Origin: the human T2T-CHM13v2.0 reference genome, Homo sapiens
NCBI RefSeq assembly: GCF_009914755.1
Contig: NC_060932.1
Reading direction: 5' to 3' (one strand)
DNA length: 64,000 bases
The position numbers and the translations under genes are program-made. This document shows positions 43,534 to 56,193 of the stretch, one piece after another. The first letter of the stretch is position 1, and the number at the start of each line of letters is the position of its first letter. Under the pieces are notes generated by a model. It was not told the origin of the DNA, ran no database searches, and saw only the letters and a program-made list of their open reading frames with translations.

Positions 43534-44589
43534 GTGGAAAATGAATTAAAAAGAAAAGAAACTGAAAGCAGAGCTACCAGTCTGAAATCTACTGCAGTAG
43601 TGCAGAGTTTGGAAAAAAAAAAAAAGATCTAAAACGGGAATGGATAAAAGTAAATGAATGAGAGAGACATTGTGGAGAGGCATTGTGGAGGTAGAGGACA
43701 GGGCTTGGTGATGAAATTGAAGCAGAAAGGGACAGACGGGACATTTGTAAGGTGGCTGCTCATGCTGTGATAATGCAGCTAGCACAAACCTTGGATGTTT
43801 TTATCATCATAGTTTATATGAACGGAAAAAGTCCTACAGACCCTTTAACAAGTGACAATGTGCCACCTCCACTCATAGCTTATTATAGCTACAAGGAGTT
43901 CCTTAGAACCCTAGAGGACATGGGTTCTTCCCGACAGGTCCAGCTACCTCTGCATTAAGTACAAGGTCAGAAGAGCAGTGGCATGGTTAATCTGAAGAGT
44001 TATCTTTTAAATATTGGGTTTGGAATATTTAAACCTGTATGTTTTTTAAATAAGCAATTTTTGACCTAACCAAAAATAAAAAAGAATTCATTATATTTAT
44101 AGGTTTTATTATTATTGTTGCTGCTGCTGCTGTTTTGCTAAGTGACATGTGAAGCAGACACCCTCAGCTCTTTAGTTCGGCTCAATAAAGTAAATAAAGA
44201 GCCTCAGGCCATCTTTCACTTGGGGTAGAGGGGAATGGGGGTGTTCAGCTGAGCTAGACAGACATAAAGAGGCTGATGGATGAGAGTCATGGTGAGTCAT
44301 CACCCCACAAAGAAGCCACATGTGACCAGGAGTCCCAGGCCTGCCACACTGGCTACTCCAAAAAGAGCAATCAATCATTTAGGCAAAGTGTCTAAGGATT
44401 TTCTGATCATTGACTTGTGTAGGCTGCATCTCACATCTCATATTTCGCCCTTATATCTACAATGGAAATGTTCATTGGCTTAAACAAATTTCAGAGTTGG
44501 CATTTCTTTTGAAAGCATAATATTTATCATCACTTGGAAATGCTACTAAAATCTATTGAAAATTTAAAATAGAACTGGTGGCTCTATTT

Positions 44590-44890
44590 CATGGTGGCTC
44601 TCTCCTGTAATCCTAGCACTTTGGAAGGCCAAGGTCATAGGGTTGCTTGAGCCCAGGAGTTTGAGACGAGCCTGGGCAACATAGTGAGATCCCATTTCTA
44701 CCAAATTTTTTTTTATAAATTACCTAGGTATGATGGTATGTGCCTGTAGTCCCAGCTATCAGAGAGGCTGAGGTGGGAGGATTGCTTGAGTCTGGGAGGT
44801 CAAGGCTGAGGTAAGCCATGATTGTGCCCCTAGGCACGATCCCAAGCCTAAGCAACAGAGCAAGACCCTGTCTCAAAAATAAATAAATAT
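44590..44890 (+). mobile_element. AluJ-like
   Basis: Dimeric Alu motifs. Confidence 0.88.
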
Positions 44891-44942
44891 ATAATAAATA
44901 AAAATAAATTTAAAAATAAAACTGGGTAAATACATAGCTACA

Positions 44943-45252
44943 GTCAGGCGCAGTGGCTCACACCTGTAATCCCAGCACTTTGGGAGGCAAAGGTGGGTAG
45001 ATTGCTTGAGCCCAGGAGTTTGAGACCAGCCTGGGCAACATGGTGAAACCCCAACTCTACAAAAATAAAATAAAATAAAATAAAATAAAATAAAATAAAA
45101 AGTAGCTGGGCGTGGTGGCACACGCCTCTACTCCCAGCTTCTAGGGAGGCTGAGGTGGGAGAATCACATGAGCCTGCGGAATCGAGGCTTCAGTGAGCCA
45201 TGGGCGAATCACTGTGCTCCAACCTGGGCAACAGAGCAAGACCCTGTCTCAA
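44943..45252 (+). mobile_element. AluJ-like with (TAAAA)n expanded linker
   Basis: Dimeric Alu; (taaaa)n at 45061-45101. Confidence 0.9.
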
Positions 45253-48200
45253 TATACATAACTACAGCATTCTTAAGGATTGAAGGTGATCTTAGCAGAA
45301 CAAAACTTTGTGAAAGAAAGTTTTAAAATAGCAGTGCTTTGTATACAGAGAAGGCTGAAAAAAAATGGATGTGCATTGACTAACAATGTGATGCTCCGAC
45401 CACAGAACTACTTAAAGACTATTAGGAAGACTGGGCTTCCATCCTGGCCTCTGACTATCTTTACAACTTCTACAAGTATATCCCTTCCTTCTGCAACTAG
45501 AGGTGGGCTTTCCTATCTTTAAAAAGGTAATCTGTTTCTTTCCCTAAGATGTAAACTATTAACTTATCAGACACTGCAAAAAAAAAGATTCCATTTTCCC
45601 GTTTTTCTCTTCTGATAAATTATAGGCTGGGATATAAACAACAATTATATTCTTAATCTTCTTGTGAAAAAAATCTGCTAGGAATAACAAAGATATTCTG
45701 TGGCTTTTGTTGGCCTTTCCTTTGCTTTTGACTCTGTGGACAAAATTCAGTTGAGGTTGCATTCCTGAGTCCAAAGCAAACATCAGGATATTCAATAATA
45801 TCAATAACTTTAATCCTTCTGAGTGTGCAGATTATTAGAAATGTCATTTGATAGCTTTGATTAATGGTCTCCAAACTTTCTTATTTAGTCTTTATCAGTA
45901 AATATATTTACTTATTTTTGTTTACTATTAAATTATCTACATATGCCATTATATGAACATACACTTCAGGAAAATTGTGCAAAACTAGAAATTTCAAAAA
46001 GACAAGCTAAAAATAAAACAATTCTTTAAAAGTAATTTTAACTTGTCTTTATTAATGGTAAAATATAATTATTTATTAACATAGGATTTATTTTACTTTC
46101 ATAAAAATTATATTTAATAAGACAAATATGATGAATTATGCTTCATTATTGCTGAAAAGCTTGTTTACTACTTTGCAATGTAGTGGTTAGATGTCTGTTT
46201 CTCAACGAGATTTACTTCTTTCCTTGTTTTGAAAAGCTATCAGAATTTTTTTTAAAAAGTCTGCATTTTCAAAATTACAACACCCATGTTTCAATCCATC
46301 TACCAATTTTGTAAAGGCTTTTGATAAAATTGTGCTCAGAGATTTTTTTCTTCCCTGAAGTCTGCATAGGTATGAATGTTAAGAGCCCAGGCCTGGACTG
46401 ATTTCGCTTCTTTTCTCTTATTTTGTATCCAGCAGCCACAGGCTATTCTTCACAAAGAGGTCCTATTTTCAGAATCACCCATACTGCAATATAGAAAACA
46501 GTTGTTTCAGTAATTCTTATCTTTCATGTACTATAGTTCCACTGGGGCAATGCACTTCTTTCCACTAAGAAGCCTACTTTCTGTGCTGGCTTTTGTACAC
46601 AGAGCACTTTGAAGTTGGCATTTGTGCACAGCCACATTTCCAAACTGCCTCCTTCTTCCCTGGTTTTCCTGCCAGAGAAAAATAAGCCTGGTCCCCTCAG
46701 CTGTTAGTGTCTCCCGCTTTGTCTGCGAGTGCCAATGGAGACTGGCCATCTCTTGGAAATATGCCAGTCCCAGTCCCGGGTCCTCTGCCTTGGTTGGTGC
46801 CTGGATTAGTGAAACCCTCAAACCTAAGCTGTGATTCACAAATAACTCTGGGGTGGCTTCTCCACTCTGGAGGGGGGCTTTATTTCAGATGAACTCTGGC
46901 AGAGGAAGAAGAGTCCCTGGGTTGCTTTAAGGACATTGGAGTGTGTGCTAAGAAGTGGTCACGTTCTCGATTCCTTTCCCTTTTGCTTTCTTTTTCCCTT
47001 CTAAGCACAAGTCTGTCCTAAAGGCCATGAAAAGCTCTCTCCCGCATGATCCACCCCCTGCTCACTATTCTGCTTGTCTCTAACTCACACCTGTGGGTAG
47101 GGGAAAATGGCAGTGACTGTGGCCAGGAATGTCCTTAGCGCTGAAGCAATGCTAATGCAAGGCGCCCAGCGCTGAGCTTCGCTAATCGCTTCAAAACTGA
47201 AGCCAGCTCTGGCACAGAGTGAAACAGCATGCTTCTGAAGTTGCTCTAAACTGTGGCCAGAGCCGCCACACCAAGTTGGTACCAGGAGACCTGCCTGGGG
47301 CATGAATCTAACTTTAGACATTTTGTGAGAACAAGGAGATCTCCGCCTCTAGATCCAAAAGAGAACTACCCAGCTGAACCCAGTCGGTTAATCCCCTGGA
47401 CGGCTCCGTAAACACGCAGCAGCCTCTGCATCCTCCTGCTACAGACTCACTGCCCCACTTTTTAAATGCCGGAGGTGTTGATGTTGAAGGGGGCTAGGAG
47501 GTGTGGGTGATCAAGGACTCAATATAAAAGTCCAAGATTTTCCTACTCTCCCCAAACCTTTGCAGCATCATGGGAAGCAAATGTAATTGGCTTCTCTCTG
47601 GCTTTGCTGTGGCATAAAGTATCCAAGGAAAAGCTTCTTGCTCTTACTTTTCTGCTCTTCTGCTGAGACAAGCATTTGCCTTCACCAGTGGGAGGAGATT
47701 CCATCTGTGCCTAGATGATTTATTATCAAGAAAATGTGTTAATAATTGATAAGGAATCCTATAAAAATAAAATCATAAGTAGCCAAAATATAGATGAAGA
47801 GGCTCTCTTATCACAAACTAGGTATGCTTTCAATAGATAAATGACCCTCCTATAGGATATCTGCTGGGAAGAAGAACTAGAGATCTATTTTTAAATCCAA
47901 GTCATCATTTTCATCAGAGGTTCCCCAACTTTTAACTAGCATAAAGATATTAATTCTACATAACACACTAATTCATTCAATTTCCCTAGAAACAGTTCTT
48001 TATGCCAGTTTATTTTAGAAGAAGGTACACCAAGAGGGGACACTAACAATAAAAATCATGTGACACTTTATGAAATTTATTTTATGTATCAGAAGTAAGT
48101 ATTTTGCCACAGTCACTTTAAGGTTTTTCAAATATTAAAATAATCCATGCCATTTACTGTGGAGTTTTGGTGGCCTTTGTTGCCCCTTCTTTTGGGCACT

Positions 48201-49417
48201 GCAGCAGGCTCCAATTTCTGAAGAAAATCCTGGTGGCATCCAAGGATATGCCCTCATCCCACCTCCATGTGGAGGGGAGGCAGCTTCTGTCCAGCGTGTG
48301 TGTGGCACAGGTTGTCAGCCCAGCCCACTGGCTGCCAGCTCACCCACATGGCTGTGCCCTGAGCTGGCACTGCAGGCAGCCACCTTGCAGGTAATGTCAC
48401 GTGTAGGACCTGGAATCACTGCTGTGCAGTGCAAACCAAAATCAGGGTGAGAAACAATATTTCTGGAATATTATTTGAAAAGCAAGTAAGCTATTCCTTC
48501 ATTTGAATCTTCTAAAAATCCCTCTCTCCAGTAATCCAGACAAACATGGAGCTCCATCCCTGGACCATGTTCTTTTGAGCTCCCTGGACTTGTTTTCATC
48601 AAATTACCCACTGGCCGACATTGAGGGACATTATGAACAAGAACCTGTGGAAACTGCTCACTGTGTTTACTACGAGGATGTTGCTGATTGCATTGCACTT
48701 GTTAATTACATTGTACATCCTCCCTGGGAGATCCCACAAGAAATTCTTTTCAGTCTGGGTCAGGAATGAATGTGCTTCCCTCAAGCAACTAATTAAAATT
48801 ATTTGTTGTAATTTTATGACCACATTGAAGCATGTATCTGCTTTCTTCTTTGAAGGGATTACCAGAAAACGAAGTCAAATATAAAGTCGCCTTCTGTAAT
48901 TTATGGGTTTAAATGTTTTATATTTTTGTTTCTAATTTTTATGTGAGAATATTATCTTAGTTTTTCCTATCCCTCCTACTTTCAGGGGTTTTTTTTCCTG
49001 CATTCCTTTTCCACTCAATTCAAGTGGCCTTTTATCTCATTTTTATCTATTTACGTAAGATACCTTAAAACCTTTAAAACAGGAAAATGAATAAATAAAC
49101 AGACAGTAATATCTGGTACTTTCAATTCATTATTTCTCAGAGGCAAATAAGATTCTCTCTTTTCCTGAATTTATATACCAAGAAATAGAATGTAATTACA
49201 TAATTTTATGGAATTGGAACAATTACATAGAATATTGTTCTGAACAAATCCACTAATTAATACTGAAAGCACCATTTCATAAAACATTGAAAGTAGGGCC
49301 ATAAAGCCAAGGCCAGAGACAAGAGAAAGACAAAGAAAGTGGTTTAGGACACCAGGGCTCAGGGAAGATACCACATATTTTCTTCAAAGCTGCAAACCAC
49401 AGATGATGATTTCCATG

Positions 49418-49877
49418 TGTAGTGGGTGGCACAGTGACCCCTAAAAGATACATCCAAGCAGAACCTCAGACTGTGACCTTATTTGGAATGAGTCTTTTCA
49501 AATGTAATTAAGGTAAGGATCTAGAGATGAAATCATCCTGAAATAGGATGGAACCCTAAATCCATTGATGAGAATCCTTATAAAAGACAGAAAAGGAAAA
49601 GACACAGGGACACACAGAGGAGAAAGCCAAGTGAAGACTACAGCAGAAACAGGTGGGCAGCCATGAGCCATGGAGCGCCAAGGGCTGCTGGCCACCACCA
49701 GAAGCTGGGAGAGAGGGACAGAGCAGATTCTCCCTCAGAGCCTCCTGAAGGAACCAAACCCGGAGACACCTGGATTTTGGACTTCTGTCCTCCAGAACTG
49801 TGAGGGAATGAATTTCTGTTGTTTTAAGCCACCTGGTTTGTGGTATTTTATTACAGCAGCCCTAGGAAACTAATGCA
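49418..49877 (+). mobile_element. MaLR LTR (MLT1B/C-like)
   Basis: tgtgaccttatttggaa, ccaccagaagctgggaga, gattctccctcagagcctcc, tccagaactgtgag, cagccctaggaaactaatgca. Confidence 0.88.
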
Positions 49878-49995
49878 CCGTCTTAGGTCTCAAGATTGAA
49901 ATTGAGGTCATATTAACTCATGTTTAAGGTTTTAGAACCTCCCTCTGTGAATTTAATTCTTGTTAAAAATCACTTTTTAAAGTAAAGCTTCTAAT

Positions 49996-50130
49996 GGCCA
50001 GTTGTGGCGGCTCACATCTGTAATCCTAAGACCTTGGGAGGCTGAAGTGGGAGGATTGCTTGACGCCAAGAGTTCAAGACCAACCTACCATTATAGTAAG
50101 ACCTCATCTCAAAAAATAAAAAAGTAAAAT
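49996..50130 (+). mobile_element. FLAM / Alu left monomer
   Basis: Single monomer followed by A-rich tail. Confidence 0.8.
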
Positions 50131-50474
50131 TTAAAATAAATAAATAAAGCATCTGTAGTAAAAGTTTTAAAAAAATCCCAAGCACAAGTCAATCATTATT
50201 AGTCATATTAAATGGAAAGTGTACATTAGCCTAAAGATTTTAACTTTCCAGAATTCTATTCATTTTTCACCATCACGTATTTATATGTAGCTAATAGACA
50301 ATGGTATAATATACAATAGTATGAAAAGGTGACTACAACTCATGTGAGCATGATTTCTGTTCTACAGGTTATGTTAAACATTATAGAACCCTTCAAAACA
50401 TAGTCATTAACATTCTGTATATGTCATTGAAGTAGATCTTTTAAACAAACATTTTTAAAATATGGCAAGCAAAG

Positions 50475-50992
50475 CTGTCTTCCTCGGTACTGCCTATGGA
50501 GATGGCAGTCATCTTCTCCATGGCATCATGGCCGTTCTCAGATCCCTCATGAAGCCCAAGATCATCAAAAAGAGGACCAAGAAGTTCATCTAGCACCAGT
50601 TAGACAAACATGTCAAAATTAAGCGTAACTGACGGGAAACCCAGAGATATTGACAACATGGTTCGTAGAAAGTTCAAGGGCCAGATCTTGATGCCCAACA
50701 CTGGTTATGGGCGCAACAAAAAAACACAAAGCACATGCTGCTGATGGCTTCCGGAAGTTCCTGGTCCACAACGCCAAGGAGCTGGAAGTGCTGCTGATGT
50801 GCAACAAATCTTACTTTGCTGAGATCACTCACAATGTTTCCTTCCAGAACCGCAAAGCCACATGGAAAGGGCCACCCAGCTGGCCATCAGAGTCACCAAC
50901 CACAATGCCAGGTTGTGCAGCAAAGAAAATGAAGAGACAGCTCATGTGCATGTTTTGTGTTTCAATAAAACCACCATAAAAAACTGAAAAAT
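50475..50992 (+). pseudogene. RPL32: Full-length processed pseudogene of ribosomal protein L32 (eL32)
   Basis: TOP-like 5' UTR, ATG 50528 (MAVLRSLMKPKIIKKRTKKFI*), in-frame stops and frameshifts, [23 protein letters not shown]; AATAAA 50964-50969; 18-bp TSD aaaatatggca(a/g)gcaaag at 50457-50474 and 50993-51010 at a TTTT/AAAA site. Symbol is the parent gene. Confidence 0.96.
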
Positions 50993-51242
50993 AAAATATG
51001 GCAGGCAAAGATGACAATGAACTATCACATAGCTTCCAGGAAACAGAAAAAGGGTGAGAGAGAATATACTAAGTAAGAGAGCTCAGAACAAATAATAATA
51101 TAAGACAAAACCTAAACGAGTATTACATAGCAATGAAAGAAGTTTACATTATCATTCAGGAGACACTTGTTTTTTCTATTAGGAAATAAGTAAAAGTGAT
51201 TCCACAAAAGTAATAAGAAAGGTAATAAGAAAAATGAAACAT

Positions 51243-51567
51243 GGCTGGGTGTGGCGGCTCGTGCCTGAAATCCCAGCACTTTTGGAGGCCAAGGCAGGCA
51301 GATCACTTGAGGCCAGGAGTTTCAGACTAGCCTGGGCAACATGGGGAAATTCTGTCTCTACTGAAAATACAAAAATTAGCCAGGCATAGTGATGCGTATC
51401 TGTGGTTCCAGCTACTCTGGAGGCTAAGGTGGAAGGATCATGTGAGCCCAGGTGGTTGAGACTGCAGTGAGCAGAGATCATGCCACTGCACACTGGTGTG
51501 GGCAACAGGAGTAAAACCTTGTATCACAAAAAAAAAAGAAAAGAAAAGAAAAGAAAGAAAAGAAAAG
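51243..51567 (+). mobile_element. AluJ-like with (GAAAA)n tail
   Basis: Dimeric Alu motifs. Confidence 0.9.
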
Positions 51568-53099
51568 GTGAGGTTTAATGTGTTTATTATAAAATAATCT
51601 GAGTGCTCTTTTCACTCTATTGATATTAACCCTGGTCAAATAAAGAAAAGAATATCCACATTTAGAAATTGATTTGCAATACCTAATTTCACCAGAGGAT
51701 GGTAGAATAGGGTCAAAATAGATGAAAAAGTGCTAGTTTATCTATTTTTCTCCCAGGAGTTCACAATAAAGCTGAATGATATGTCTAATTTGTAGGAATG
51801 TAAAAATCTATTTATTCGACTGTCAAAATCTATTTATTCGAAAGTACAATTTAGAAAGGTAAGATGATTGGTTGGTTGGTTAATTTGCTTGTTGGTCTGT
51901 TTTGTTTGCAGTAGGAAAAGGGAGGGGGGAGAATTCCATTCTGGGGGATAAACTGACATAGAAGTTCCTTGTCACACCAAATCAAGATAACAGGAAACTA
52001 AGCCTCTGAGAGAACCACGAGCTTATTAGAGAAACAGTTAAAAAACAAACTGAGTTGATTTGTAAGAACTTTACAAAAGCTGGAGAGAAGAGAACTAATA
52101 ACCCAATCACAACCTTCCATTCAAAAGTCTTTAAGGTTGGGAGGATTCTCAGCGAGGGCCCGGGGGTACTCAGCAGGAGAGAGAAGGATTTTTTTTCTAC
52201 GAATGAAAATTTCCAGTGTACATCCCGCTAGGCATCTTGTCTCCCTCGTCATGCCTCTTCCTTTCCCGTCTCATTCATCCTTCTACACAGAGGCGAGTGA
52301 TTTAGAAGATCTTCAAAGGGAACTCTGGCTGCTGAGCAGAGAAAAGGGGATACAGACACCAGTCCACAATTCATTTTCAAACACTAACTGAGTGCCTGCT
52401 ATATGTGGGCTACCAGATCCCAGGGTTTCAAAGATAATAAGACCTGGTCCGTGCTCTTGAGAACCTAAAAACGTAGGAGTCAAGAGGCACTGCCTACCTC
52501 TCAATCCTCCTATCCTGTAGGCTGTCTCATTAATGGTCCCCCAGTCACCATGTACACAAGCACTCTGACCTTGAGAAATCTTTGACTCAGTGTTAAGCCC
52601 CTCTTCAAAGGCTCTGACACCCAATTGTTTCCCTCTACCTGGGTTATTGAGCCTGGGTTGCCTGGAGCATGTGTCTGAGATTCTTCTGATCTCGTCTTCT
52701 GCAGACGGCCTCTCCAAATTACAAACTCCCTGACTTTGCTGATCTCTGAGGCTTGACCGTCTTCCTAGACCAGCCCCACTTCTCCTAGACCTCGCGCCTT
52801 GCCCTGCATTTAATAACCTTTGTTGTCCCAGCAATAACCTAGTCCTGCCCTTGGACTTCAGGATGCTTGCTGGGCGGGCTCGTTACGGCTGGTGAGGGTA
52901 GAAAAGCACCTCAAGGCAACCTACACAGGCAAAGATGAAAGTCAATTATCCGTGGAAACTAGAAATATTTACACCATAACTCAGCATAATATTGTGTGGC
53001 ATTGTTTCTTTGTGGCAGCATAGACAAAATCTAAGTCATCAGAACCTGACTTTTGCATTCTCAATTCTTGGAAATATCCAACAAAGAGATTAAGGGAAA

Positions 53100-53300
53100 A
53101 GTTCTGAGTTTCTGATTCCATATCTGCTATTTACCTACTGATGACCTTGGATAAGTTACTTCACATCTGTGAGCCTCAGTTTCCTCAGATAGAAACCAAA
53201 TTAAGTATAATACCCTATAGCTTTGTTGTGAGGAGCAAATGAAATAATGTATGTTAAAGTCTTAGCATAGTACTAGGCACAGAGTAAGTTTTCAATAAAT
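53100..53300 (+). mobile_element. MIR
   Basis: tgaccttggataagttacttcacatctgtgagcctcagtttcctc...gttgtgaggagcaaatgaaataatg. Confidence 0.8.
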
Positions 53301-53597
53301 ATTAGGATAAAATGACCATGGCAGCATGTGAAAGCGACTTCCTGATCACTTAAGAAATCTGAAAGTATTAGCATTAGAAATTTTGATTGCTTTTTTTGTA
53401 TTCTAAAAACTTCAGGGGGCAAATATATGAAATATTCAATTAAAAAGAACCAGTTTTCACATCTCATTAGTCAATCCCCAGTTCCTATCGGGGTGCTTAT
53501 TCAAGCTTCTCCCTTTTAGATTGTTTCCCTTTTGCCACTTGCATTTTTAATTGCATTTTCTTTTTACTATAGACTTAAAAGAAATACATCAATTTTT

Positions 53598-53893
53598 CTG
53601 TTTGTTTGTTTGAGACAGGATCTCACTCTGTCACCCAAGCTGGAGTGCAGTGGCATGATCTCTGCTCACGGCAACCTTGACCTCCCAGGATCAAGTGATT
53701 CTCATGCCTCAGTTTCCTGAGTAGCTGGGATTACAGTTGTACACCACCACGTCCAGCTAATTTTTGCATTTTTAGTAGAGATGAGGTCTTGCCGTGTTGG
53801 CCAGGCTGGTCTCAAACTCTTGGCCTCAAGTGATCCACCCGCCTCAGCCTCCCAAAGTGCCAGTATTACAGGGGTTAGCCATTGCACTCAGAC
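53598..53893 (-). mobile_element. Alu (J/S)
   Basis: Antisense Alu; perfect 17-bp TSD gaaatacatcaattttt at 53581-53597 and 53894-53910. Confidence 0.93.
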
Positions 53894-53919
53894 GAAATAC
53901 ATCAATTTTTTTAATGTTA

Positions 53920-54730
53920 AGGTAGAAATAGGTGTAAAATGAAAAGTAAACCTTTCCCTCCCACCCCAGACTTATTCTTTTTTTCTCCAGAAATAATCAC
54001 TGTCTCCTTTATCAAATTCTTAGCAATCTTTCAAGCTTCTGAACATATTTTTTTCACACAAATACATACTGTAATACTTCTGTGCTTTTTGCTTATTCAT
54101 TTAACACAATAACATGTTATATAACAAAACTTACAGATCTACCGCATTATTTTTAATGGCTACATAGTAGACCTTTGCTTAAAGGTAACATGCTTTAAGG
54201 CATTCTCCTACTAATAGGCATTTATTTATGACTGTTAATATAATAACAATGTTTTATACCTTATGCACAATGTTTTATACACACTTTGGCAAGAATATAT
54301 GTAGGACAAATTGCTACCAATGATGCAATTAGATCAAAGGTCAATGCATTTTTAATGTGAGTAGATATTACTACCAAACTGTCCCCCAAGGCCATGAGGT
54401 GGCACCAAATTGCACTCCTCTCTCTCTGCAGGGCATGAGAGTATCTGCTTGCCTGCAACCTTCTACCATATGTAGTATCCAAGTTTAAAACTGTTTTGAT
54501 CTAATAGGTAAAAAAAAATTCTTTGCCTTTTAAATTTTCATTTTCTTTGTCATTTTTATTTTCATTTTGTAAATTACAAATGAAATGAAGCATTTTTTTC
54601 ATTTACTCATTAGCCATCTATATGTTTATAAACCACCTGGTAAAATATTTGCCCATTTTTCTATTATTTATCTAATGAATTTGTAAGTGTCTTTCTATAT
54701 TAAAGGAATTAATCCAGGTCTGTCATATAT
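53920..54730 (-). mobile_element. Ancient L1M fragment
   Basis: T-rich antisense L1M text (ttttaatggctacatagta, taccaaactgtccccca, gaagcattttttcatttac, ttgcccatttttct). Confidence 0.6.
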
Positions 54731-55646
54731 CATGTGATACAGCATTACAACATAAAAAGAAAATAGTTGTGTCACTAATTACATATTCTTATCTATATAT
54801 CAGATATATAGCTGTTCCATCTATATAGCCTAAAAGAGAAAAATAAAATGAAAAAATTGAGACTGATTTTAAAGTTACAGTAAATGTCATTCTAACATTT
54901 TATTATTTTTCTGAATAAAATAAGCAATATCAACTAATTAATCATTTATTTACTATGTTTACCCACACATATGAGTGACTCACAGATATGATTAATAATA
55001 TTTCAATCTTTATATCATTTTACAAAAATTTACCATATAAGAGATCAGGCCATATGTGACTTGCCTAGAGAACTAAGTTTTGAAACTTACCCCTTTATTG
55101 CATTACCTATAATTATTTCATGGTGAGTGTTTAAAGTCATCAAGATATTTGATTAAATAATTCTAAAAGAAACCAGTACATACTGAAAAGAGTTGACAGT
55201 AGTGATAAGAAGCAAGATGTTTATATTTTTTTGTAAACCCTGGTGGTTGATGAATGCTAACATTAGAAAAAAATCACTATTTTATGATTCTTAAAAATCT
55301 CTATTTTTCCCGTGAATAATGCCCCAATTAGACTAAAAGTTTCTGATAGATTGAAATTATATCTTATAGTTCTTTATAGGCCCCATAATTAATAATTTTT
55401 CATAAATATTTGCAGACTAAATATGAAATTAACAGACATTTATAACTACTTCGAGTGTTACCTAGTTAACACTGTATACTGGGGCTTAAATAAAAATCAG
55501 TAATTTCAGGATAAATACATATATTCCCCATATCTAACTATTCCTGCTATGTCTCTGGTTCACCATGCCTTCACATATACATCCCTTATTTCTATAGTAT
55601 TGTATTTTATTTAATCCATTACATACTTTAAAGATTTTCTTATCTA

Positions 55647-55652
55647 TTTATT
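55647..55652 (-). promoter_or_regulatory. Candidate PSKH2 polyadenylation signal
   Basis: AATAAA on minus strand ~235 nt past the stop; a second at 55606-55611; usage not provable from sequence. Confidence 0.45.
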
Positions 55653-55887
55653 GTTTCCAGTTATCTAAACATAGCTAGTATTTACTAAACTGTTAATCAT
55701 TTGCAGCAGTATATTTTGGGAAAATGAATACAGGTATAGGAAAAATTATAGAACAAGAAAATGTTAAAAGTCAAGATCAATAGTATCCAACAATACCATG
55801 GAGTCCCGTGTCTTTGGAGCTTGAGGGTGCCCTAATCATGATGAAATGGTCCTAAAATAGGCAAAAATAGTTTTAGAGGTCATCTGC

Positions 55888-56193
55888 TTACAAAAGCGCA
55901 GACAGTGGCGATTCTACTATCCTTAAGTTTCTCTTGCTCCACATATGCCTGGATTTGTGAGAATAATGTGACTTAGAAGACTGTGCAGATCCAGGACTCT
56001 GAGAGTGGGGAGAGGCCCTCTGCATGAGGTTTCGGGATATGGCCCTCTGGAGATTCTTCATGGAAGACCCTGCAGCCATGGTGATCACCCAGGGATGGTC
56101 CAGGGCCTGGCCAGCTGACATGCGATGACCAGCCTCCAAAATCAGTAGTTTGTCTATAAAGTCCTTCGCCAAGTGGGAAATGCTTGGCCAAGG
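55888..56193 (-). CDS. PSKH2: PSKH2 (protein serine kinase H2), last coding exon
   Basis: Reads [36 protein letters not shown] (CAMK-type subdomain XI) then a C-tail ending ESPLSALL*; phase-0 acceptor ttctcAG at 56195-56194, U-rich tract and branch-like TTCTAAC at 56220-56214; C-terminus matches human PSKH2 as I recall it. Confidence 0.93.
   Translation of the reverse strand, partial: PWPSISHLAKDFIDKLLILEAGHRMSAGQALDHPWVITMAAGSSMKNLQRAISRNLMQRASPHSQSPGSAQSSKSHYSHKSRHMWSKRNLRIVESPLSALL

Noticed and set aside
52313-52834. 173-codon minus-strand ORF
   Set aside because: Non-ATG start, no recognisable domain, partly over L2-like sequence; compatible with chance in a GC-richer patch.
53142-53150. 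SF-1/ERR site TGACCTTGG
   Set aside because: Part of the ordinary MIR core sequence.
55888-56172. Listed 94-aa ORF as a stand-alone gene starting at 56172
   Set aside because: The start is a TTG (Leu) inside the PSKH2 exon; the true boundary is the splice acceptor at 56193/56194.
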